Assembly: GCA_963771465.1 (NCBI GenBank)
Contig: CAVYTU010000015.1
Span: 576,001-640,000 of the forward strand
Direction of reading: 5' to 3'
From: an uncultured delta proteobacterium
GTDB taxonomy: Bacteria > Desulfobacterota > Binatia > UBA9968
Length of the DNA: 64,000 nt
This document shows positions 50,043 to 61,748 of the stretch, in pieces; within the stretch, counting starts at the first letter, position 1; each line of letters begins with the position of its first letter. The position numbers and the translations under genes are program-made. The notes under the pieces are model-generated. The model was not told the DNA's origin. It made no database searches and saw only the letters and a program-made list of their open reading frames with translations.

Positions 50043-51497
50043 TCAAGTCGGCGCGCGGGTCACTCGCAATACTGTGTTTCCAAGCCAGATCAAGAAACCC
50101 GTAAAACTCACGGTTGACAGGGCCTGAGGCCAAACATCGATGGACACCCAAAACGCTTGCACGGCGCTGAGCAACGCCAAGCAATAGATCGCGCTGTGCA
50201 AACTGCCGTCGCGAAATTTGAGATAAAGTATCTTAAGCACAACTCCCAGTAGTAGCGTCACGACCGCCACGCCGGGGAGACCGAAATTCAAGTAAGCGTC
50301 GCCGATTAACGACGCATTGACCCCCCATCTTTCCTGGTTTTTTCCAAAGCCAGCGAGCTCCTCTACGATAAACACACCGGCACTTCGCCCTGGAATCGGC
50401 AACACCGAATTTAACGGCCAGGACAGCGCGCCATAGAAAGTGTCGCCGTTAAGAACGCCCGGGCCGATGGCGACGGCACCCGCAAGCGCGTGCAACTGGC
50501 CCAAATCCGTGAAGATACTGCTCTGAAGATGCTGCCAAAATCGATGCACCGACAGCGCTTCCGAAATCGCCTTGGCGCCAAATTCTCCCCGATAAAGCAG
50601 GCCCACATAGGACAACCAGAGTGCGCCGGCAATGACCACCGGCAACAATACAACATAGCGCATGGCAATTTTTATTTTTGGCCACGACGCCCGATCGCGC
50701 TTAAAATACCAAAGTAAAAGGAGTCCCGCCGCGATTGGGGTCATGGATCGAGCTCGCCCGCCAAGCACGCCATACAACAATCCCGCTATCAAAACAGGAG
50801 CCAATGAGATCCAGCCCCGTCCTTTGTTCAAAAAATCGCAGGTGAGAAGCGCGCTTCCCGCTATGAGCATATAGGCCAGGAAAAAAAACTTGCCGCTGCC
50901 CACTTGAATGACCGTTCCACGAAATCCGCCCGTCAGGATGACACCTAACGACGCATTCGAAATTACGAATGCAACTAGCGCAAGAGCCCCAATGAAACAT
51001 CCAACAAGACCGGCTGCCCAACCGTTGCCGACAACCTGCAGTTTGAGGCGTGCTTTCTCGACAACTTCGCCCTGAACTAAGAGCCACCCGAGGACGACAC
51101 CGGAAAGTCCCATGAGTGCAAGAGACCATCCCCACTGCCAATCGTAATCTGACAGTTTCAGCGAGTTGAACACCGCGCTCACATCCTCCGAAAGTTCCAC
51201 GTCGCTCAGAATCAAAGCCCCGGGCACTAGAAAACGAACAAACCCGGCTGCAATAATCAAGCAAAGCGGATTGAACGGATCTCTCCAAGTATTCAAGGTA
51301 AGAATAAAAGCGGAACCGATTGCCAAGAGAGCGATCGCTTGGAACCAAGATAGCAACCACTCCTGCTGCGATTCAAAAGCAATCAATCCCAATATTAACG
51401 CCAGCGCGGCGGTCCATACACTAAACGCGCCCCGGTTGTGCCTTATCAAAACCGGCACATACCGCTCACCAGAATCGGCTTGTGCGACCCTAAACAT
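50043..51497 (-). CDS. wzy: putative Wzy-type polysaccharide polymerase
   Basis: About 11-12 TMs, GGRAR, IGDAYLNFG.PG, polysaccharide locus context. Confidence 0.7.
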   Translation of the reverse strand: MFRVAQADSGERYVPVLIRHNRGAFSVWTAALALILGLIAFESQQEWLLSWFQAIALLAIGSAFILTLNTWRDPFNPLCLIIAAGFVRFLVPGALILSDVELSEDVSAVFNSLKLSDYDWQWGWSLALMGLSGVVLGWLLVQGEVVEKARLKLQVVGNGWAAGLVGCFIGALALVAFVISNASLGVILTGGFRGTVIQVGSGKFFFLAYMLIAGSALLTCDFLNKGRGWISLAPVLIAGLLYGVLGGRARSMTPIAAGLLLLWYFKRDRASWPKIKIAMRYVVLLPVVIAGALWLSYVGLLYRGEFGAKAISEALSVHRFWQHLQSSIFTDLGQLHALAGAVAIGPGVLNGDTFYGALSWPLNSVLPIPGRSAGVFIVEELAGFGKNQERWGVNASLIGDAYLNFGLPGVAVVTLLLGVVLKILYLKFRDGSLHSAIYCLALLSAVQAFWVSIDVWPQALSTVSFTGFLIWLGNTVLRVTRAPT

Positions 51498-52621
51498 CTT
51501 TTGGCCTCAGCGCATCCGGGTTAGCCACACCCTGGCAACAAGAATCATTGCCGGGAAGTGCCGCATCAAACAAACTCACAAGCTTTTGCGCGAGCCGGCT
51601 GAGACCATGGTTGGCTTCGACCTGTTTGCGAAAATACCCACCGATCGCAGTCCTTTCGCTATCTGGGAGCGATAGCGCCCACTCGAGTCGATCCGTCAAT
51701 CGATTCCGCGTTGCCGTAATCGTAGACACAGCGATCCGCGTAGATGCCCAAAGTATCCTTAAATCCCTCATTGGCAACAACAGACATAAGACCGCAGGCC
51801 ATCGCTTCCCAGGCAACTTTGTCGCCTGAACCGGTCGGTGTCATGTTCACGTAGACGGTAGCCCGGCGATACCAAGCGGGGAGTTTATTGAGCGGCACGG
51901 CCGATTCGAAGGCAACAATATCCTCCAGGTTTAATTCCTTAACTTGTTGGTGAAGCGATCGCACATACTCCCTATCCCGCGCAGTAGCGTTGTCCCCGAG
52001 AATGATCACTCGAAAAGGCTCGGTCCATACTTGCCGCAGGCACCACGCCGCTCTGATAAGCGTTGGGTGATCCTTAACTGGAGACAGGCGTCCCACACAA
52101 AGAATAATCGGACAATCGACCTTCTCTACGTTCGCGTCCGGACAAAACAACTCGGTATCGATCCCTTGCCCGACCGCAACAAGCTTGTCGTGCCTGTAGC
52201 GATAGGCGGATGACAAGCTAGAAATCATTTGAAACGAGAACCAATGGGCAATCTTCAGCATTCGCGTTACTTTTGAATGGGCGTACCACGTAAATATGGG
52301 GATCTTCCTAGTTTTTAGAATAGGCCCAGCGAGAACGGTAAAAAGAGGGTTCATGTGGGAAAAACATGCATCAACGCGATCTCCTCGCAGAATCCGGGCG
52401 AGTATTTTGTAGAACTCCCAAAGCCGCCGCAGTTCACTGTAGCCTTTTTCCTTGCCGAGGGAATGAACTCGCACATTCCCCGGCAGCGCAAGCCGTCCAA
52501 CACGCATGGTCACGACGTGAACGAACTCGACTCGCTCCGCCAATGCACGAATCCAGGACGTGGTAAAGCCCAACACCGTATCATCCGCATCGGTCGCCAG
52601 ATTAAAGACTAGAAGCCGCAT
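51490..52621 (-). pseudogene. glycosyltransferase family 4, one +1 frameshift near 51700 (possible sequencing error)
   Basis: GRLSPVK, GSGDKVAWEAMACG. The C-terminus LTDRLEWAL... lies in the adjacent frame. Confidence 0.8.
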
Positions 52622-53794
52622 GCTCCCCCTGCTCTAACGTCGGCAGACCGAGCTGAAAAATCTGGCGATAACCCTTCACATAGTCCTCCGTCGAAAAAGT
52701 TTGCTGCGCAAAGACGCGCGCGGCATCGGCCCATCGCACGAGCCTTATCGGGATTTTTGAGCACCCAGCGGAGCTTTTCGGCCAGGGCTTCTCATCTCCT
52801 GGCGCAATCAAAAAGCCGTTGACACCGTCTTTGATTAACTCCGGAATCCCGCCGACCCACTGCCAATAACCGGAGTACCGTTGCCATGGCTTCGATAATT
52901 ACTCGGCCCAGTCCCTCAGACATGGACGGCAACACCAAAACAGATGCTTCTGCCATCCGAAATTGCCAGTTCTGACTGAGGCTGATGTGCCAGGAACTGT
53001 ACGCGATTTTCCAACCCGAGCTTTCTGATTTGATGCCTCAGATCGTCTGCATAGCCGACGTTTTCTTCTTTGCCGATAATTAGTAGTTGAGACTGCCGGA
53101 ACTCCTCAGCGGTGAATGAGAACGCATCGATCAGACAATGAATCCCTTTAAGCGGACTCACCACCCCGGCATAAAGGATCGAGAGGTCTCATTTGTTTTT
53201 GTTTTTCCAGCTTCCAAGAAACGTTTCGATATCGGTCCAGGCGGGAAATTGTACAATCGTCGTCTCCGGAGCCCAACGCTTCAATTGGTTCGTCGTAGAC
53301 GATGGAAATCGCCCGCAAGACATCGGCTTGCGCCAATGAATAGAGCGCCGCTTGTTTCATCAGAAAACGGTGCAGGGATCGAAACCGGATCTTGCGGTAC
53401 AAGAAAAGACTTTCTTCAAAATCGCCATGGACCTCGACCGCCAATCCCACTTTATATCCAAACCAAGCTGCGACACTTGATGGCCAACGCGGCGACGAAT
53501 CCTTCATAAGGGCTTTGGGCAACGACAACTTGAATGTCGGTGCCGAACGATTAACCCAAATAGAAGGAATTGGCCGAAAACGAATATCTCCAGATAGCGC
53601 AAGATCGGAAATGGCAGTTGGGGTAGCAAATAAAAGTGAGCGCGCTCGGCGAACATTCGAGGTCGAAGATTCGAGGAAAAACCAACAACAAATATTTCTC
53701 CAAGAGAACTGATCGCGAGGAATTTTTTTTCAGCGGTCTCGTCGAGCGGCCGAGTGTAACGGGCGCTGCCGAGAAAACAAACTTTAAGGCTCAT
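52602..53794 (-). pseudogene. glycosyltransferase family 4 split by several frameshifts
   Basis: Fragments MSLKVCFLGS, VEVHGDFEE, SPLKGIH, SEGLGRVIIEAMA.GTPV and FSTEDYVKGY lie in different frames. Confidence 0.78.
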
Positions 53795-53797
53795 GCG

Positions 53798-54895
53798 TCA
53801 GCTCATTAGAACTTTTTTGTAAATCGGCACTAAGACCGACCAATCAAGCTTCGTCTCCGCGTAGCTTCGACCCGCATTCCCAAGTGAAGCGCGTTTTTCC
53901 TTATTCCTTGTGAGCTCGACCAACGCCTGAGCAAAATCCTGCTGCGTTTTGCACACGATTCCACAGTGGGCTTCTGTAATGACAAAACTCTCGTCCAGCT
54001 CTCGTGCAACCACGGGAATCCCGCTTGCCATAAACTGCGCAATCTTCACGCTGAACCGCGCCGGCGGCGGCGTCCAGGTTCTCGGATAGACCCCAATGTC
54101 GACGTTCGCGAGATAGTTCAGCATCTCTGAAAAAGGCACATAGCCAAATAATTTTACCGACGATGGGTGCTCCCGATCGACGTGTTCTTTTAGCGCTTCG
54201 CTGGGGTTACCGAAAAGCCAAAGCTTAAGCCGCGGCTCCGATTTTCGCGCGTCGTCGAAGGCGCCGAAAAGGAAATCCAGATCGTCCTGATCGCTCCGCC
54301 GGCGATTCGATCCGTCGGCAGCCATGGTCAACGTGGGAGCATGATACCCAAGGATTACATCATTTTCGTTTTTGATGTCGTTACGGATCGCCGCCACTTT
54401 TACCGGGTCGGTTTGGCCGACAGGCACTCCCTGGGGCACGACGTGGATAGGGCGCACTACACCCATTTGCTCGAAGATGCTTTTGGCTTTTTCGGTGGTG
54501 ACAACGATTGCTTTAACTTGCGCCAGGTTGAGTGCTTCGACTTCCTCGGGCGAAAATACCGGATCGTCGATATCGACGACGACACTTTTAAGTTTGGGCC
54601 ATGCTGCGATCTGATCGTAGCTCACGGTAAAGAGTGTGTCGTATTTGCGCGCCAAATACTTCAGCGCGGCAGGATAAATCAAGCAATGACTGACGAGATT
54701 CCAAGCGCGGTATTGGAGCCCACGAATAATTCGCTGGCGGCTCAACGTCACTTTGTTAAAATCGATCACCGAGGAAAGTCTCGGGAATAGATCAGCATAA
54801 CGGGGGTTGGTATGGTGGGGGAACCACAGTGTAAAACATATAACTTTGCTATTACTTGTCATTGTTGGATTTTTTTGTCTCTCAAACACGAACAC
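53798..54895 (-). CDS. glycosyltransferase (GT-B/GT4-like)
   Basis: VDIDD, GYVPFSEM..YLANVDIGV, VKIAQFMASGIPVV. Start may be 54862. Confidence 0.82.
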   Translation of the reverse strand: MFVFERQKNPTMTSNSKVICFTLWFPHHTNPRYADLFPRLSSVIDFNKVTLSRQRIIRGLQYRAWNLVSHCLIYPAALKYLARKYDTLFTVSYDQIAAWPKLKSVVVDIDDPVFSPEEVEALNLAQVKAIVVTTEKAKSIFEQMGVVRPIHVVPQGVPVGQTDPVKVAAIRNDIKNENDVILGYHAPTLTMAADGSNRRRSDQDDLDFLFGAFDDARKSEPRLKLWLFGNPSEALKEHVDREHPSSVKLFGYVPFSEMLNYLANVDIGVYPRTWTPPPARFSVKIAQFMASGIPVVARELDESFVITEAHCGIVCKTQQDFAQALVELTRNKEKRASLGNAGRSYAETKLDWSVLVPIYKKVLMS

Positions 54896-54922
54896 TATTT
54901 TATCGTTGGGCTAAAACCGGGC

Positions 54923-55954
54923 TTATGGTTGCATCACACGCCCCATGCCTTTCATTACTGCGGAAGTACCCAACAAACGATAATCGAGCTTTAGCGCCCG
55001 CACCACGATTGGTATCGAACCAAGCCTGCTGAAACGCGATGCCTGCAGCGCCAGAGATGCCACTCTCTTAGCGGCGTCCCAAGAGATCTCTCTTCGCTCA
55101 TTGAGAGTCAGAACATTTTCTCTCACGAATTTTTTGTGAAGTTTTTGGATTAACGCAGCGGTTAAACGAATTTGCCTTAAATCCTCGAACGGAGGGCCAA
55201 CTCGCGTTTGCCGGAGTCCGATCACAGCTTCAATCGGAGGATCGACCTTTAGAAACTGCTTGATAAAAGAAGCTAGTAATTGGACATGCGATTCCCTTGC
55301 AGGTTGGCGACGGTTCTGGCTTACGCTTCCCTCCCATACACGATACTTAAGGAGCAATTCTGGGACATTGCCAAATTCCGTGATTGCGCTTGCCCGCAAC
55401 CACAGATCTACATCCTCCGTATAAACGGCATAGTTTCGGTAGAAACCAAGTTCTTCTAAGATTCGGCGCCGCATAAGCACAGAGGGATGAGCGACGCAGA
55501 CACCAAAGAAGTGCGTCCATTTGAGCACTTTGGGATTCGGGGGCGGACACCAGGTTCCGATCATCCGGCCGTTCTCGGCGAGTTTGCAGATCCAAGTGCC
55601 CAAGATCCCGATTTGAGGATGTCTCTCGATATATTCCAACTGTTTTTCAAGCCTATGGGCGTAGCTAATATCGTCTGCATCCATGCGTGCGATGTACTCA
55701 CCGTGTGCCAACCGGCAACCGCGGTTCAAGGCCGCGATCATCCCCTGATTTTCTTGATGAAGGACCCGTATCCGACCATCGGACTGCTCGTATCGTTTGA
55801 GGATAGAAGCCGTATCATCCGACGAGCCATCATTGATGATGATAAATTCGAAGTCATGAAACGTCTGTTTTAGTATGCTGCTAATCGCTTCATCTATATA
55901 TGCGCCGGCATTGTAAGCCGGCATCACGACGCTGATTTTGGGAGCTGAGGTCAT
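54923..55954 (-). CDS. glycosyltransferase family 2
   Basis: ISVVMPAYN, INDGSSD, IARMDADD, EDVDLWLR. Confidence 0.92.
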   Translation of the reverse strand: MTSAPKISVVMPAYNAGAYIDEAISSILKQTFHDFEFIIINDGSSDDTASILKRYEQSDGRIRVLHQENQGMIAALNRGCRLAHGEYIARMDADDISYAHRLEKQLEYIERHPQIGILGTWICKLAENGRMIGTWCPPPNPKVLKWTHFFGVCVAHPSVLMRRRILEELGFYRNYAVYTEDVDLWLRASAITEFGNVPELLLKYRVWEGSVSQNRRQPARESHVQLLASFIKQFLKVDPPIEAVIGLRQTRVGPPFEDLRQIRLTAALIQKLHKKFVRENVLTLNERREISWDAAKRVASLALQASRFSRLGSIPIVVRALKLDYRLLGTSAVMKGMGRVMQP

Positions 55955-55957
55955 CGT

Positions 55958-57385
55958 TCAAATACCGCGCTTGACTAACCGGAGCGCGACAGCCGCGCCA
56001 ACAATGTTCATCGTCAGATACCAAATCGCCGCACCAACATACCCGAATCGCACCACCACAAGTGGGTAAATCGCGCCAAATAAAAGAGTCACTACGCCGC
56101 TGGAAAGAAACCAATATCGATAGTGGCCTTGAGCGAGGAAGAAAGGTCTAACCCAGAAGAAAACCAGTCCGAGAGATGAAGCAATCAGCAACACCTGGGT
56201 CGGAACAATTGCATTCTGAAACGCTGCGCCTGCCAAAACAGGCAATACGAACGGCACAACTGCGACGGATAACAGGCTCACCAGACCCAAGGGCAAACCT
56301 ATCTTTAGAAAAAGAACCCGCACTCGGCGACGAAACGACTCTTTGTCGCCCGCTCCCCACATCTTCGTTATTTCTGGATACGTGACCGCCGCAAGCGGCG
56401 CGGAAATGTATCCCGTTACAGTGGCAAAGGATTTGGCAAGCTTATAATAACTCACGTCCAGTGGTCCTCGAAAATAGCCGAGAACGAGTAGATCTAGTTG
56501 CTGCGGAATCATAGCTATGAGAACGGTCAAGTCGCTATACGCAAGAAATCGCAATATCTCACGGCGTTGGCCCTTGAGCGCCTGCCATCGACCCCTTAGA
56601 GGCGTATTGCCGTAGAGGCGGTAGATCAAACGCCATGTGATACCCAGTTGAACGACTCCGGCGACGAATAACGCGATTGCGCTTCCCCAAATCACACCCT
56701 CCACACCCAACCCGAGAAAAACTAGAGTCAATACCAGACCAGTGCGAAACACTTGAATAGTGATATCGGTCCATCCAACTATCGCGAAGCGTCCGAGACT
56801 GTGCAATGTCGCTTTACATGTGCGAGTCAATGCCGACGGTAGGAATGATGCCGCAAAGACGATGATGAGCACAGCCATCTCGGAGTGTCGGGCGATATTG
56901 GTAGCTGCCCACTTAGCAGTCAATGATACGGCCAAAAACGCCGTGATCGCTATTACGAGATCCAATACATGGCCAAACTTACACAGAGCCAAGAACCGCT
57001 CACGGTCATTGCGAGCATACGACTCGCTTAGGTATTTGACCAAGGCATCACCAGACCGCACATCAAAAACACCAAAGATAAAATTTGGATAGCTCATCAC
57101 CAGCGTTACTAAACCGTAAAGTTCGGGCTGAAGCCATCGAGCGATCAAAATGCCTTGGCCTAGCGACAGGGCCGCCCCCGAAACGCCAGCGACACTTAGT
57201 ATTCCAACGTCCCGGAAAAACTTTTCGCGGCGGACTCTGACAAGAACTTTTGATATGGAGTAACCGACGACTTGCTTCATGCCGTCTGTTTTTATGGCCC
57301 ACGCGGAGTAGTCAAATCTGGACTGTCGACCGGAATGTTGCATGATACAGCTCGAATCAGTGACTAGATGAGCGTCTTTCACCAA
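55958..57385 (-). CDS. wzx: Wzx-type oligosaccharide flippase
   Basis: About 12-14 TMs, ARWLQPELYG, QQLDLLVLGYF, YGYVGAA-type end. Start uncertain. Confidence 0.8.
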   Translation of the reverse strand: MVKDAHLVTDSSCIMQHSGRQSRFDYSAWAIKTDGMKQVVGYSISKVLVRVRREKFFRDVGILSVAGVSGAALSLGQGILIARWLQPELYGLVTLVMSYPNFIFGVFDVRSGDALVKYLSESYARNDRERFLALCKFGHVLDLVIAITAFLAVSLTAKWAATNIARHSEMAVLIIVFAASFLPSALTRTCKATLHSLGRFAIVGWTDITIQVFRTGLVLTLVFLGLGVEGVIWGSAIALFVAGVVQLGITWRLIYRLYGNTPLRGRWQALKGQRREILRFLAYSDLTVLIAMIPQQLDLLVLGYFRGPLDVSYYKLAKSFATVTGYISAPLAAVTYPEITKMWGAGDKESFRRRVRVLFLKIGLPLGLVSLLSVAVVPFVLPVLAGAAFQNAIVPTQVLLIASSLGLVFFWVRPFFLAQGHYRYWFLSSGVVTLLFGAIYPLVVVRFGYVGAAIWYLTMNIVGAAVALRLVKRGI

Positions 57386-58226
57386 ACAAACGTCTCTGAA
57401 TCGTTTCTCTCAGAACACGCGGCAACTCCCCCAATACACCTCTTAGAGTTTTATATCGGTTAAGAAACTCAACATAAATCACGTCAAGCTCTGCGAGTCT
57501 CTCTTCCTCTCGCAATGCCTCCGACTCAATGATCGCATCCCGCGACGCATACAAAAAAAGATTTTGTCGATACCACCATTGGACATGGCTGTTTCTCCAG
57601 ATGTGCCGCCTTATCGGATCTAATCTTTGAAAGCCATTTTCCGTGAAAAGCGCCTTCCAGTACGAGGGCCATTGTTCGTTCACATGGCCCGGTCCGCGCT
57701 GACCCGGGATAGCAGCGGAAAAGAGAACAAAAGGTGCGACAGTGGTTAACATGCGGACCAAACCGGGAGCGGCCGCTTCTGGCAGGTGTTCGGCCACTTC
57801 CAAGCAGATAGCCAGATCAAAGCGCTGGTCTATTTCTATCGGCTTCGCCAGATCTACTGCCGTAAAGCAGCTCGGCTGCACCAACAGTTTTGATCGGTCT
57901 ATGTAGTCTCCATCAAACCCACGAAACATCTTTATGCGATGTTCCTCGCAGACTTTAAGCCAGGCGCCAAGTCCACAGCCAATGTCAACCACACTTGCAG
58001 GGCTAATAAGCTTTAATAAGAGCGGGACGATAATTCTCGCAGATTCAACCGTATCTTGTGTAACTCTTGCGAAGAACGTGTCGTCGTAGACAGCTCGGAA
58101 TTTATCAGCCATCTCGCCAGTGGAAGACTGCTCTGCTAATACTCGGGGAAAATTATCGGAAATAGTTCTTATCGTTTCATTCGCTGCATTCATATAGTCC
58201 TTTTCCTGTTTGCTCTGTTCAAGCAT
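57357..58226 (-). CDS. class I SAM-dependent methyltransferase
   Basis: SVVDIGCGLGAW, CLEVAEHL, FSAAIPGQ.G.GHVNEQ. Confidence 0.88.
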   Translation of the reverse strand: MLEQSKQEKDYMNAANETIRTISDNFPRVLAEQSSTGEMADKFRAVYDDTFFARVTQDTVESARIIVPLLLKLISPASVVDIGCGLGAWLKVCEEHRIKMFRGFDGDYIDRSKLLVQPSCFTAVDLAKPIEIDQRFDLAICLEVAEHLPEAAAPGLVRMLTTVAPFVLFSAAIPGQRGPGHVNEQWPSYWKALFTENGFQRLDPIRRHIWRNSHVQWWYRQNLFLYASRDAIIESEALREEERLAELDVIYVEFLNRYKTLRGVLGELPRVLRETIQRRLFGERRSSSH

Positions 58227-58310
58227 TTTTCACCAGTTTGTAGGTCATGACTCGAACTAAAGCATGCCGGGATCCAACTACGAATTAGCGATACTATCGA
58301 TTGAGATGCT

Positions 58311-59120
58311 CTAGTTGCTACTGCAAATGTCCGAAGCCAGCTCTGGTTGTTTCGTATACCGATCCATTTTCGTCTGCGCTGTCAGATTACCACTGACGGT
58401 TTTTTTAATGAGGAAGCACACATCGTTGTCATACTGCCGGATGCGCCCGGCCAAAGATGACTCCGAGAGGAAGTCATGCAGTGCCCGCGCACAACCGTCC
58501 CAAGCGTAATAATCGTCCAAGATTATCAAACCACCCTCAGCGACAAAGGGGTAGAGACGCCTTAGACAGGTCAGGGTAGAGTCGTACCAATCGGCGTCGA
58601 GCCTTAGAACGGCAATGGGTTGGTTCGGCGTAAAAGCAGATAGGCTGTCCTCGAACCATCCTTCAACGACCCGAAAACTGTGGACACCGGCGAGCTCCAT
58701 GGCTTGCTTGGCACTGTTAACCGATGCCTTGCAGTTGTCGTGGTAGGCAGGCGAGCTTTTATCGGCCTGCCAGGTCAGTGCCTTTTCGCCATCGATGGCT
58801 TTTGCCTGCGGTAATCCATCAAAACTATCGAACAGGAAGTACTCTCTTCGTGGGCCCAAGATGCTGGCGATCCCGGCAATCATCCCACCCTTCCAGACAC
58901 CGCATTCGACGATAATGCCGGGAACGACCCCATACTTCTCCACCACGGCTAGGTTTTTCATGTAAGTTATTGCTGGAATCATTGTAAAGTCGCGGAACCT
59001 GCGAAAGACCCGGTAAAACTTCCAGTACGAGATAATTCGACGGCCGAGATAGCTTGCGCCACGGATGAATCGCTTCGCCGTCGGAGCGCTTTCCGCCCAG
59101 TCCACTAGTGTTCCGAACAC
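58311..59120 (-). CDS. TylF/MycF/NovP-family O-methyltransferase
   Basis: VECGVWKGG, LFDSFDGLP, GWFEDSL, LRLDADWYDST, ILDDYY.W.GC. Confidence 0.9.
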   Translation of the reverse strand: MFGTLVDWAESAPTAKRFIRGASYLGRRIISYWKFYRVFRRFRDFTMIPAITYMKNLAVVEKYGVVPGIIVECGVWKGGMIAGIASILGPRREYFLFDSFDGLPQAKAIDGEKALTWQADKSSPAYHDNCKASVNSAKQAMELAGVHSFRVVEGWFEDSLSAFTPNQPIAVLRLDADWYDSTLTCLRRLYPFVAEGGLIILDDYYAWDGCARALHDFLSESSLAGRIRQYDNDVCFLIKKTVSGNLTAQTKMDRYTKQPELASDICSSN

Positions 59121-59130
59121 TCTTTTCCTT

Positions 59131-60337
59131 TCATCCGCCCGCGTGAATTACCTTGGCGCGTAATCGAATCGGCGCACAGGATGTCAAAACCGCTTCGGTA
59201 CTACCGATCATTTTCGACGCTTGAAAACTTTGCAGGGTATTCTGGATACCGGAGACCAAACGTTGCCTTTTGTCTCTGGATGACATTAGGTTCGCGAGCG
59301 TTTGCGCCAATGCTCCGCTAGCATTGGGGGATATCAAGATGCCGTTTTCGCCATCTCGCACCAACTCCGGCGTGCCACCCACCGCAGTCGCAACAACCGG
59401 TAATCCGGCAGCCATCGCTTCTATCACGACATGGGGAAAGCCTTCATAGGTCGAATTCAGGACAAAGAGATCGCAGGCCGGCCATTAGGTCATAAGTTTC
59501 TTGCTTGCTTTTTTGCCCCGCGAAATACACTCGATCATTCAAATTATTTTCTCTTGTGAGCGACTCCAGCCGCTGACGCTCTGGTCCATCACCGACGATT
59601 ACCAAACCCGCGTCATGAAGCTGCCCGAGTGCCTCGATAAGCCGATCAATCTGTTTCCATGGCACGAGCCTGCCGACCGTCACGATCTTGAATCGCGTTG
59701 TCAACGGAACGTTAATCGGAGCCGCGGAAGGAATCTCCACCGCGTTATAGACGATGGAAATCTTGCTCGCGGTCACACCCCACTTGCCAACCGCGCGAGC
59801 CAGGTACTCGCTTGGGGTAATCAGGGAATCCGCCCGACGCACGCAAAACGTTCGAAGGGTTTTTAACAATTCCACTTTGAATCCGTAGGCGCGTTTCTGA
59901 AATTCCTCGAAATTATCTTTGATCCATCCTTTATTGGTCGACCGCTCCCAGGCCCAGTCGCCGACGATTTTTTGCACCATCGGTTTACGCAGAAAGAAGT
60001 TCGCGGCCACCGCCTCGAGCTGAAGCCCGTTAACGTAAAGCACCTGAACCTGTCGACCCTCGCGCAAGATGGCTGCCACAGTGCGCACAAATCGCCAGGG
60101 CTTGAAGGTAGTGCGCCGGATACGTCGTACACGGAATGGATAGGAACGGTCGTCGTGATCGAGGGAGTCACTGAGAGTCAGAACCGTAATGTTGTGGCCG
60201 CGCTTGACCAGCTCGCTCGCCATCGTCGGCACGTAGGTGGCGGGCCCGCCGATATCCGGCGGGAAGATCCCAGTGATCATTAACAAGTTCATCGGAGAAA
60301 CGAGGTGTTCCACTTTCATACTATGCCCGAATATCAT
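59131..60337 (-). pseudogene. glycosyltransferase family 4, one +1 frameshift near 59478 (possible sequencing error)
   Basis: FPPDIGGPATY and VGRLVPWK, continuing CDLFVLNSTYEGFPHVVIEAMAAG in the next frame. Confidence 0.82.
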
Positions 60338-60367
60338 CGCAGCCGAGTGATTCTTGAGTTCAAACCT

Positions 60368-60427
60368 TTGAACGGAGATCGCGAAGCGATCGGTTGAACG
60401 GAGCGTAGCGATTGAACGGTTTGAACG
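60368..60427. repeat. intergenic cluster of TTGAACG repeats
   Basis: Four TTGAACG copies at 60368, 60394, 60412 and 60421. A related element lies at 63582. Confidence 0.6.
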
Positions 60428-60444
60428 TACTTGTTTCCTACCGT

Positions 60445-61748
60445 TTAGAGACTCCAGTACAGCAAATCTTTTTTCGCGCGCAGCGCGCTCATCGCGCCTT
60501 TCAGATCGACAAATACCGCCGGGTGGTCATGGTTTGCCAGCAACTCGATGTAGGTTTCCGCGTGTGTGTCACGGAAAATTTTATGCGGCACCGCCAACAC
60601 AACCGCGTCGAATTTTTCATTGCCGCCAAACGGATCGGCGACGACACGAACGTTGAAGAGCTCCAAGTCTTTTGGGCGGACCAAGGGATCGGCGACCGCA
60701 ACTTCAATTCCGTGCTCTTCCAGCTCGCGCATCAAATCAGTGACGCGCGTATTACGCACGTCGGGGACGTTTTCCTTGAACGCGCCGCCGAGCACCAGCG
60801 CTTTAGCGCCGCGCACGACTTTACCCGATTGGATCAGCAGCCGGATGGTTTCCTGGGCGACGTAGCGTCCCATGGAGTCATTGATGCGCCGGCCGGCGAG
60901 GATCACGTCGGGGTGATAATCGATCTCCTGGGCTTTATGCGTCAGATAATAGGGATCCACGGGTATGCAGTGACCGCCGACAAGACCCGGCTCGAAGGGT
61001 AAAAAATTCCATTTGCTGCGCGCCGCCTTGAAGACCGCCGCGCTATCCAAATCCATGCGATGAAACAGCACCGCCAGTTCGTTCATCAGCGCGATATTGA
61101 GATCGCGCTGGATGTTTTCAATGACTTTGGCCGCTTCGGCGACGCGAATGCTCGGCGCCTTGTGAATCCCCGCCTTCACCACGAGTCCGTACGTCTGGGC
61201 CAATACCTCGGCGGTTTCCGGGTCCTGTCCCGAGACGATTTTCATGACGTTTTCAAAGGTATGCTCGGTGTCGCCGGGGTTGATGCGTTCCGGCGAATAA
61301 CCGACTTTGAAATCGCTGCCGTATTGCAGCTTCGACTCGCGCTCCAGGATGGGAACGCAGATCTCTTCGGTGCAGCCCGGATAGACCGTCGATTCGTAAA
61401 CGACGATGGTGCCGCGGGCCAGGTTTTTTCCGATCAAGCGGCTGGCCTCGACCAGCGGCGCTGAGATCCGGCTGCTTCGCCTTGTCGACCGGCGTCGGCA
61501 CCGCGACGATGATCAGTCCGGCGCGCTTGCAGTTGCGCCGGGTCTGCAGTCATCTCCAGGGGCGCAGCGGTCAAGTCGGCCTCGGTCATTTCACCATTGC
61601 GATCCAGACCCTTTTTCAGCTCAGTGATGCGCTCCTGATTGATGTCAAAGCCGATAGTCGGCAAAACCTGGCTAAAGGCTGTCGCCAATGGAAGTCCCAC
61701 ATACCCTAAGCCGACGACGGCAAGTTGTGACGGTAAATTTTCGGTCAT
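60445..61748 (-). pseudogene. nucleotide-sugar 6-dehydrogenase (WbpO/TviB-like), two +1 frameshifts (~61525, ~61460)
   Basis: VVGLGYVGLPLA, VPTPVD, YESTVYPG, SPERINPG, GGHCIPVDPYYL, FKENVPDVRN. Confidence 0.88.

Noticed and set aside
60368-60427. CRISPR array
   Set aside because: Units are 7 bp with irregular short spacing, and no cas genes are present.
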